64,000 nucleotides of DNA from an uncultured Bacilli bacterium (lineage in GTDB: Bacteria > Bacillota_I > Bacilli_A > RF39 > UBA660), in contig CAKOKN010000002.1 in assembly GCA_934091055.1 (NCBI GenBank), positions 77,446-141,445 on the forward strand. Direction: 5' to 3'. Below the pieces are notes generated by a model, which was given only the letters and a program-made list of their open reading frames with translations, was not told the origin of the DNA and ran no database searches. This document shows positions 38,536 through 45,916 of the stretch, in pieces (the first letter of the stretch is position 1; each line of letters starts with the position of its first letter). Both the position numbers and the translations under genes were made by a program.

Positions 38536-38730
38536 TAGTTAAAAGATACTAAGAAAATAAAATTAGTATCTTTTAATATAACAAATAAATTTATCAGAAT
38601 TAAAATAGAAAATATGATATAATAGTAAATAAGAAATAATTATTAATTTAAGAGGAGAATAAAAATGATATACATAACCGAAGACACACATAGAGATTTT
38701 TCTAGGTTTAATAATTTAAAAAAGGAGTAA

Positions 38731-39330
38731 ATGATGGATGATATGAATAAAAACTTCAATAGTTTAATAAATGAAATAAGAAAATGCAATATTTGTGAAG
38801 ATAAGTTTGGTTTCAAGCCACATCCAGTAGTCATAGGTTCGGCCAATTCAAAAATAGTTCAAGTAAGCCAAGCACCATCTAAAACAGTAGACACTACCTT
38901 AAAACCATTTACTGATCAAAGTGGTAAAAAATTAAAATATGAATGGTACCAAATAGCAGATGAAGAATTCTATAATCCGGATAACTTCTTTATTACAGCA
39001 CTAGCGCATTGTTACCCGGGCAAAGATAAAAATGGTAATGATAAAGCTCCACCTAAGGTATGTTATGAAAAATGGATAAAGAAAGAATTAGAATATATAG
39101 ATAACAAAATATATATAATAATTGGAGCTAAAGCTGCTAAAACATTCTTTCCAAACGAAGAATATAATGACTTAATATTTAAAAATAATATACTATTTGG
39201 TAAACTAGCGATAGTTCTGCCGCATCCATCACCACTTAACATAAAATGGTTCAAAGATAACCCAAACTTTATGGAAAGAAGAATTATCGAAATAAGAAAA
39301 ATAGTAAAAGATATACTAAGCAAAAAGTAA
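38731..39330 (+). CDS. uracil-DNA glycosylase superfamily protein
   Basis: UDG-fold motifs IVQVSQAPS (motif A region) and VLPHPSPLN (motif B). Confidence 0.7.
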   Translation: MMDDMNKNFNSLINEIRKCNICEDKFGFKPHPVVIGSANSKIVQVSQAPSKTVDTTLKPFTDQSGKKLKYEWYQIADEEFYNPDNFFITALAHCYPGKDKNGNDKAPPKVCYEKWIKKELEYIDNKIYIIIGAKAAKTFFPNEEYNDLIFKNNILFGKLAIVLPHPSPLNIKWFKDNPNFMERRIIEIRKIVKDILSKK

Positions 39331-39355
39331 ACTAGTGATACTAAAAAATAGTGTA
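39323..39355 (+). repeat. 33-bp direct repeat, copy 1 (includes the UDG stop and terminator arm)
   Basis: AAAAAGTAAACTAGTGATACTAAAAAATAGTGT; 31/33 identical to the sequence at 40744-40776. Confidence 0.65.
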
Positions 39356-39453
39356 GGAGTTACTTTGTTTTTAAAATTTTGTTTTATATATTATAAAACG
39401 CCATCGTAATAAATCGACAATATTGCAAAAAAGTTACTCTGTACCGTAATAAA

Positions 39454-39482
39454 TTGACAAAAATTAAATATAGTATTATAAT
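39454..39482 (+). promoter_or_regulatory. sigma-A promoter (TTGACA-17-TATAAT) of the ATPase cassette
   Basis: TTGACA 39454-39459, 17-nt spacer, TATAAT 39477-39482. Confidence 0.5.
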
Positions 39483-39508
39483 GTATATATAAGAAAGGAA
39501 GATAGATT

Positions 39509-40705
39509 ATGGTTATTCGTGAAAGATATTTAAAATTAATTAGACCATTTTATGATCAAGAGTTAATTAAAGTATTAATTGGTATTAGACGTTCTGGGAA
39601 ATCAGTTATTTTAAAACAAATAATAGATGAGTTAAAAGAAAATAATGTTGATGATAATCACATTATCTATATTAACTTTGAAGATTATGATTATGAAGAA
39701 TATACTGATCCTAAAAAATTAAACAGTTATGTTAAAGAAAAAATAATTGATGATAAAAAGTATTATATATTTTTTGATGAAATTCAAAATGTTGATAAGT
39801 GGGAAAAAGTTGTTAATTCATTAAGAGCAACAAAGAATACATCTATTTTTATAACTGGTTCTAATAGTGATTTGTTATCTAGTGATTTAGCAACTCACAT
39901 AGCAGGAAGATATGTAAGCTTTAAAATAACTCCATTTACATTTGATGAAGTATGTAAGTTATTAAACATTAAAGATAATAGAAATATTGAAGATGCATTT
40001 AATGATTATATTAAATGGGGTGGAATGCCACAAAGGTTTATGCAAAAAGATGATATATCAAGAAAAACTTATTTAAATGATATTTATGATTCAATAATAA
40101 TAAAAGATATCGTAAAAAGATTTAATATTAAAGATATAGATTTATTAAATAGAATAGTTACTTATATACTAACTACTCCATCTCAAGTGTTTTCACCTGA
40201 TAGTTTAAAAAAATATATGCAAAGTGACTCTAGAAATGTATCGCTAGAAACTTTATATAATTATCTTGATTACATAACTCGTGCAAATCTTATTTCAAAA
40301 GCAGAAAGATATGATGTTAGAGGTAAAAGAATTCTTACAGGTAAATATAAATATTATTTAACTGATTTAGGTTTTACTAATATTTTAAGTGAAGGTAAGA
40401 AAGAACAAATTGGTGCCTATTTAGAGAACATTGTTTATAATGAACTTATTGCTAGAGGATATAATGTTAATATTGGTACATTAGAAAATGGCGAAATAGA
40501 TTTTATAGCAACAAGATTTAATGAAAAAATATATATTCAGGTTACTTATATTTTAAGTGATGAAACAGTAATTGATAGAGAATTTAATGCTTATAAAAAG
40601 ATTGAAGATAACTATCCAAAATATGTTCTTTCAATGGATAAATTTGATTTATCACAAAATGGCATAATTCATAAAAATATAATTGATTGGTTGTTAAAAA
40701 AATAA
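39509..40705 (+). CDS. AAA-type ATPase with a DUF4143-like C-terminal domain (COG1373 type)
   Basis: Walker A GIRRSGKSV, Walker B YIFFDEIQ, and a C-terminal restriction-endonuclease-like tail (GEIDFIA). Confidence 0.75.
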   Translation: MVIRERYLKLIRPFYDQELIKVLIGIRRSGKSVILKQIIDELKENNVDDNHIIYINFEDYDYEEYTDPKKLNSYVKEKIIDDKKYYIFFDEIQNVDKWEKVVNSLRATKNTSIFITGSNSDLLSSDLATHIAGRYVSFKITPFTFDEVCKLLNIKDNRNIEDAFNDYIKWGGMPQRFMQKDDISRKTYLNDIYDSIIIKDIVKRFNIKDIDLLNRIVTYILTTPSQVFSPDSLKKYMQSDSRNVSLETLYNYLDYITRANLISKAERYDVRGKRILTGKYKYYLTDLGFTNILSEGKKEQIGAYLENIVYNELIARGYNVNIGTLENGEIDFIATRFNEKIYIQVTYILSDETVIDREFNAYKKIEDNYPKYVLSMDKFDLSQNGIIHKNIIDWLLKK

Positions 40706-40743
40706 ATTGTTATATATGATATAAAAGATTTTAATGTAAATAA

Positions 40744-40776
40744 AAAAAGTAAACTAATGATACTAAAAAATAGTTT
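40744..40776 (+). repeat. 33-bp direct repeat, copy 2
   Basis: AAAAAGTAAACTAATGATACTAAAAAATAGTTT followed by a T run. Confidence 0.65.
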
Positions 40777-40842
40777 CTTTTTTTATAGTCAAGTTAACCA
40801 AATTCATATCATTCACATATACTACTTTGAAGGTGATAACTA

Positions 40843-42225
40843 ATGAATAATAATGAAGATAGAGCTACTCGTAAAGTGGTAATTGATCCAGGACACGGAG
40901 GCACGGATTCAGGAGCTACAGGTAATAATCTCTTAGAGAAGGATTATAACTTATTGATATCAAAATATATGTATGATAGATTTAAAGAGTTAGGTATACC
41001 AGTGGCTATAACTAGGGACTCTGATACAACTTTATCTCCAACTGACAGAGTAAATACCATTTTAAGTAAGTTTGGCAATTCTTCTGATGTTATATTAATA
41101 TCAAACCACGTAAATTCAGGTGGTGGTGAGGGTGCAGAAGTCATCTATGCACTAAGAAACAGAGATACTCTTGCTAAGAGAATACTAGAAAATATTGGAG
41201 CCACGGGTCAAACAACTAGGAAGTACTATCAAAGAAGGTTACCGAGTGATACCTCAAAAGACTACTATTTCATTCATCGAAATACTGGTAATCTAGAACC
41301 ACTAATAGTTGAGTATGGCTTTATTGATAATACCAAGGATGTTGAATTTCTAAAAGAAAACTATGAAAAATTAGCAGAGGCTGTAATATCTGCAGTAGCA
41401 AACTATATAGGGGTGCCATATGTTGCTCCAGACGGATTAATAACTAATACCTATGTTGTTCAAAAAGGAGACTCGCTATATAGTATTGCGGCCAAACTAG
41501 GAACTACAGTCACAGAACTAAAAAAAGAAAACAATCTCACATCCAATACTCTTCAGATAGGTCAAGTACTTCGTATTCCTACTAAAGAAATATATGAGGA
41601 AGATGAAAATGTTTATGTTGTCAAAAAAGGCGATACTTTATATGGAATAGCAAAAGCTAACAACACAACTGTGGATGAGATAAAGAAATTTAATAACTTA
41701 ACATCAAATATTCTATCAACAGGTCAACTACTAAAAATACCAAGTGCTCTATTGCCAGAGGCAACATATACTGTAAAAAAAGGAGACTCTCTATACTCAA
41801 TTGCTAATAAATATAACACCACTGTGGATGAATTAAAGAGAATAAATAATCTAACTAGTAATATATTAAGTATTGGTCAGGTATTAAAACTACCATCAGA
41901 TAAGGCAAGTGATGAAGAAAAAGAGGAGAATACTATTACTTATACAGTACAAAAAGGAGATTCTCTATACAGCATAGCTAAAAAGTATAATACTACTATT
42001 GATGCTATAAAGAATTTAAATAATTTAACTACTAACATACTATCTATAGGCCAAGTTCTTCTTATACCAACATCTACTAACTTAGAGACAACTTACACTG
42101 TTCAAAGAGGAGACTCTCTATACAGTATAGCTAAGAAATATGATACTACAGTAGATAGATTAAAACAGTTAAATAATCTCTCTTCAAATCTCTTATCAGT
42201 AGGTCAAATATTAATAGTAAGATAA
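40843..42225 (+). CDS. N-acetylmuramoyl-L-alanine amidase (Amidase_3) with five C-terminal LysM repeats; no signal peptide (CwlC-like)
   Basis: VIDPGHGGTDSGA, ISNHVNSGGG, and five copies of Y-V/T-V-x-K/R-GD-S/T-LY-x-IA...NNLTSN-x-L-x-x-GQ-x-L. Confidence 0.88.
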   Translation: MNNNEDRATRKVVIDPGHGGTDSGATGNNLLEKDYNLLISKYMYDRFKELGIPVAITRDSDTTLSPTDRVNTILSKFGNSSDVILISNHVNSGGGEGAEVIYALRNRDTLAKRILENIGATGQTTRKYYQRRLPSDTSKDYYFIHRNTGNLEPLIVEYGFIDNTKDVEFLKENYEKLAEAVISAVANYIGVPYVAPDGLITNTYVVQKGDSLYSIAAKLGTTVTELKKENNLTSNTLQIGQVLRIPTKEIYEEDENVYVVKKGDTLYGIAKANNTTVDEIKKFNNLTSNILSTGQLLKIPSALLPEATYTVKKGDSLYSIANKYNTTVDELKRINNLTSNILSIGQVLKLPSDKASDEEKEENTITYTVQKGDSLYSIAKKYNTTIDAIKNLNNLTTNILSIGQVLLIPTSTNLETTYTVQRGDSLYSIAKKYDTTVDRLKQLNNLSSNLLSVGQILIVR

Positions 42226-42330
42226 ATAGAAGGTATATAATTATATATTTTCTTTTTTATTTATCTAAGAGGCTAAATAGTTTTAAAGTTTACACTATTT
42301 TACAGTGATAAAATAATTATAAAGATATAG

Positions 42331-42353
42331 TTATCAACACCTCCTGTGGATAA
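42331..42353. promoter_or_regulatory. pair of inverted DnaA boxes
   Basis: TTATCAACA (one mismatch to TTATCCACA) at 42331-42339 and a perfect TGTGGATAA at 42345-42353. Confidence 0.35.
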
Positions 42354-42397
42354 CTGTAAGTAATTAGACATAAATTGACAAAATTAACAAAAAACTG

Positions 42398-42426
42398 TTG
42401 ACAAGTGTAAAACCCTGTAGTATACT
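42398..42426 (+). promoter_or_regulatory. orphan sigma-A promoter (TTGACA-17-TATACT)
   Basis: TTGACA 42398-42403, 17-nt spacer, TATACT 42421-42426. No ORF of 60 aa or more lies downstream before the terminator at 42805. Confidence 0.5.
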
Positions 42427-42432
42427 TAACCC

Positions 42433-42838
42433 GATATTAAGGCCTACCCAATTAATAAACTTTTTGAAGCCTTTAAAAAAGTTCATTAATTAACATTAGA
42501 AACATTAATTAGATTTAAGAACGGGCAAAATCTGAAACAAGGAGGTTATTACTAGAGTAACAACACATTACGCTCTAGTTTCAAATGAAAAAGTTATTAC
42601 ACTGATGGTAACTCCTGCATTACCAATTTAAATTTTATTCTGTACTAAAATACTATAGAATAATCCTTATAACCTTAATCTATATATTAATACAACTCCA
42701 AATATAAATTAGAACAACGATTTACCTATACCGCAGGAGTTATTCTCTCGAAGTAAAAAGACAATTATTTTAAAAAATCATTTTATAACAACTAACTACT
42801 ATAAAAAAACTATTGCCAATTATTTGACAATAGTTTTT
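42433..42838 (+). ncRNA. candidate ~400-nt non-coding transcript (class unknown)
   Basis: Bounded by a consensus promoter and a strong terminator. It contains a 10-bp long-range complement (42609-18 / 42733-42) and local hairpins. I did not recognise tmRNA, RNase P, SRP or 6S signatures. Confidence 0.3.
42805..42838. terminator. bidirectional intrinsic terminator (rnj 3' end / candidate ncRNA 3' end)
   Basis: AAAAACTATTG-12 nt-CAATAGTTTTT, a perfect 11-bp stem with A/T runs on both sides. Confidence 0.7.
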
Positions 42839-42846
42839 ACTTTATA

Positions 42847-44547
42847 TTAATTATTCTTAGTTTCTACTTTCTTATTATCCTTGTTTAAATTATCTGATTT
42901 AATATCCATAACAATAGGAAGTATAATAGGAATTCTACCAGTCTTATCAGAAAGCATTGGAACAAGACCATTAATCATATTTGATTTCAAATCATTAAAA
43001 TTAAAACTCTTAATTTTAAGTTCTTTGTTTATAATATCAGCAGCAGTAGTTTGAATATCACGAATTAGATCGGCATTCTCATTTACTAATATATATCCTC
43101 TAGTAGTAATAGTGGGATTACCAATTAACATATTATGTTGTGTATCAATATTAGCAATAATAACTAAAATACCATTATTACTCATAAGAATTCTATCCTT
43201 TATAACAGCACTACCAACATCACCAATTCGAGAGCCATCAACATAAACTTCTCCTGCTTGAACTTTACCATCTCTATAAAGTTCACCTTTCTTTAGTGAA
43301 ACAACATCACCATTCTCAAGAACAAAAGTATTTCTTCTAGGAATACCACAACTAACACCTAAGTCAGTATGCTTCTTTAACATTCTAAATTCACCGTGAT
43401 AAGGAACAAAGTACTTAGGCTTAAATAATCTAATCATAAGTTTAAGTTCCTCCTGATTAGCGTGACCAGAAGAATGAATATCAGTCATTGAATTAGTAAA
43501 TACCTTAACACCCTTCTTATAAAGTTTGTTTATTGTCCTAGAAACTGAAGAAGTATTACCAGGAATTGGTGAACTAGAGAAGATAACAATATCATTTGGC
43601 ATAAGTGTAATCTGTCTATGAGTACCCGCAGCAATTCTTGATAAAGCGGCAAGTGGTTCCCCCTGACTACCAGTACATAATAAACATACCTCACCAGGTT
43701 TTAAATGATTAGCTTCTTCTGCAGTAATTATAATACTTTTATCTTCAAAATATCCACATTTAAGGGCAATATCAACAGTATTTTCCATACTTCTACCAAA
43801 TAGAGCAATCTTTCTATTATTCTTTTTACAAGTTTCTATAATGTGTTTAATTCTATATACATTTGAAGCAAAAGTAGCAAGAATAATTCTATTACTAGTA
43901 TAAGTAGAAAATATTTCTTTTAAGTTTTCATCAACTATACTCTCACTAAGAGAAGTACCAGGGTTCATAGCATTCGTAGAATCACTCATAAGAACACTAA
44001 CTCCCCTCTCACCAATTTTTGCCATCTTATGTAAATTAGACATAGGTCCAATAGGAGTCATATCAAATTTAAAGTCACCAGTCATAACAATAGTTCCATC
44101 AGGTGTATCAATAGCAAACCCGTGAGAATCTGGTATTGAGTGGGTTGTTCTAAAAAATTCCACCTTAAAATATTTAGTTTTAACTATAGTATTTTCTTCA
44201 TAAACAATTAAATCTTTATAAACAATATTTCTTTCATCTAATTTCTTTTCAATAAGTTCTTTAGCATTAGCAGGAGCATATATTTTAGGAATATTAACAG
44301 TTTGTAGTAGAAAAGGTATTCCACCAATATGGTCCTCGTGTCCGTGTGTAATAAATAATGCTTTTATTTTACTTTCATTTTCTTTTAAAAATGTATAATC
44401 TGGAATAACATAATCTATTCCAAGAAGTTCGTCATCTGGAAACATTACTCCAGAGTCAACAATAATTATTTCGGAATTATACATAACTACATACATATTT
44501 TTTCCGACTTCACCAAGTCCCCCTAAGGGGATTATTTTTGTATTCAT
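42847..44547 (-). CDS. rnj: ribonuclease J
   Basis: Metallo-beta-lactamase motif ITHGHEDHIGG, beta-CASP region, C-terminal domain; 566 aa. Confidence 0.92.
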   Translation of the reverse strand: MNTKIIPLGGLGEVGKNMYVVMYNSEIIIVDSGVMFPDDELLGIDYVIPDYTFLKENESKIKALFITHGHEDHIGGIPFLLQTVNIPKIYAPANAKELIEKKLDERNIVYKDLIVYEENTIVKTKYFKVEFFRTTHSIPDSHGFAIDTPDGTIVMTGDFKFDMTPIGPMSNLHKMAKIGERGVSVLMSDSTNAMNPGTSLSESIVDENLKEIFSTYTSNRIILATFASNVYRIKHIIETCKKNNRKIALFGRSMENTVDIALKCGYFEDKSIIITAEEANHLKPGEVCLLCTGSQGEPLAALSRIAAGTHRQITLMPNDIVIFSSSPIPGNTSSVSRTINKLYKKGVKVFTNSMTDIHSSGHANQEELKLMIRLFKPKYFVPYHGEFRMLKKHTDLGVSCGIPRRNTFVLENGDVVSLKKGELYRDGKVQAGEVYVDGSRIGDVGSAVIKDRILMSNNGILVIIANIDTQHNMLIGNPTITTRGYILVNENADLIRDIQTTAADIINKELKIKSFNFNDLKSNMINGLVPMLSDKTGRIPIILPIVMDIKSDNLNKDNKKVETKNN

Positions 44548-44680
44548 TAAATTCTCCTTTCTTAATCTTTTTTTCGTTAAAAAATAAAACTAAATATTAA
44601 TTAAATAAAAATTTAAAAGAATAACCACTGCTTACTAATTATACTACACATTAGTGGAAAAAGCAAATATTTATTTTATT

Positions 44681-44762
44681 CACTTCGAGTCTAAGGTCTC
44701 TCAGTGTTTTTGAAGCCTTAAGGTCTTCAAAAAGAAATTAATAGCCTAAGGTCTATTAATTT
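44681..44762 (+). repeat. three-hairpin intergenic element, locus 3 (all three units intact)
   Basis: CACTTCGAG-tctaaggt-CTCTCAGTG (44681-44706), TTTTTGAAG-ccttaaggt-CTTCAAAAA (44707-44733), AAATTAATAG-cctaaggt-CTATTAATTT (44735-44762). Confidence 0.7.
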
Positions 44763-44830
44763 AAAGTTCATTAAAATGTATGGTTGTTGATTTATCTATA
44801 AATATTTTATTATTAATGTACTCAAAATTA

Positions 44831-44859
44831 TTGACATTATTAAAAAATAGAATTATAAT
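44831..44859 (+). promoter_or_regulatory. sigma-A promoter (TTGACA-17-TATAAT)
   Basis: TTGACA 44831-44836, 17-nt spacer, TATAAT 44854-44859. Confidence 0.5.
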
Positions 44860-44926
44860 CAACACAAATAAAGAATAAAATAAATATGTTTTGACATAAT
44901 AGTCGGATTAATTAAGGAGTTCGATA

Positions 44927-45430
44927 ATGAGGTATAAAGTATTTAATAATAGTGATGCACAAAATCAAATACCACCCAAAATATATAAAATAATATATAA
45001 ACTTATTATAGAAAATTACGGTATAAGAGCTAAACTTAATAAAGAAGAATTAAAAAAGATAGATACAATAACAGCATATAATAACTGGGTTAATATGATT
45101 TTTACAACAAAGGATTATTATATAACTGTATTTTTTGATGAAAACAAGATTATAGGCTTTATAGCGTTTATGTACGATAAAAGAGGTTTGTGTTTATCCG
45201 AAGTCCAAATTAATAAGGATTATCAGGGAAAAAATAATAATTTGAGAAAAATGATAAAGATAGTATTAGATAATTGTGAAAAACAAAAGAGTAAAAAAAT
45301 TTACGTAACAATAAATCCAAAAAACACAAAATCAATAAATGTATTCACACATATTGGATTTTATAACACAGAAGGAAAAATTTATGAAATAACATATAAT
45401 AATTTGCAAAAATGGTTAGATAAAAAATAA
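44927..45430 (+). CDS. GNAT-family N-acetyltransferase
   Basis: IGFIAFMYDKRGLCLSEVQINKDYQGKN and a C-terminal NTKSINVFTHIGF pattern typical of GNAT. Confidence 0.65.
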   Translation: MRYKVFNNSDAQNQIPPKIYKIIYKLIIENYGIRAKLNKEELKKIDTITAYNNWVNMIFTTKDYYITVFFDENKIIGFIAFMYDKRGLCLSEVQINKDYQGKNNNLRKMIKIVLDNCEKQKSKKIYVTINPKNTKSINVFTHIGFYNTEGKIYEITYNNLQKWLDKK

Positions 45431-45549
45431 CTGATAACTGTTATAAAATATGTGATTAATACTAAAGAATTATTAATCTAAAACTTATTAAAATGTATTA
45501 TTAAGTTAAAAGAGTATATTTTATGGTATAATAGTTCTAGGAGGTAAAT

Positions 45550-45879
45550 ATGGAAAGAATATATAATAAATTAGTTAGAGATAATATTCCTAATATAATA
45601 AAAGATAAGGGAGAAGAACCTATTACTAGAATATTATCAGATAAAGAATACAAGCAAGAATTAGAAAAGAAATTAAATGAAGAATATCAAGAGGTATTAG
45701 AAGCAAGTGGCAGTGATAGAGTAGAAGAACTAGCAGATATGCTTGAAATAATAAAAGCACTAGGAGAATTAGAACATACTTCATTAGAAGAAATAATAAA
45801 TATAGCTAATACTAAAAGTAGTAAAAGAGGAGCTTTTAAAGATAAAATATTCTTAGAGAAAGTAATAGAAAAAGATTAA
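45550..45879 (+). CDS. MazG-like / PRA-PH-like nucleoside triphosphate pyrophosphohydrolase (small all-alpha type)
   Basis: YNKLVRDNIP N-terminus and the E-x-x-E...E-x-x-D metal motif (EEYQEVLEA ... VEELADMLEII). Confidence 0.7.
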   Translation: MERIYNKLVRDNIPNIIKDKGEEPITRILSDKEYKQELEKKLNEEYQEVLEASGSDRVEELADMLEIIKALGELEHTSLEEIINIANTKSSKRGAFKDKIFLEKVIEKD

Positions 45880-45916
45880 ATAGTATGATAGAATAATATC
45901 AAGAGGTGAAGATAGT

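Noticed and set aside
41440-42222. Repetitive DNA with a ~210-nt period in the 3' half of the amidase gene
   Set aside because: It is fully explained by five LysM protein-domain repeats and is not an independent DNA repeat element.
42547-42630. 27-codon frame after AAGGAGG in the large non-coding region (ITRVTTHYALVSNEKVITLMVTPALPI)
   Set aside because: It would require a non-canonical ATT start. The nearby ATG-initiated frames are only 6-8 codons long and lack an RBS.
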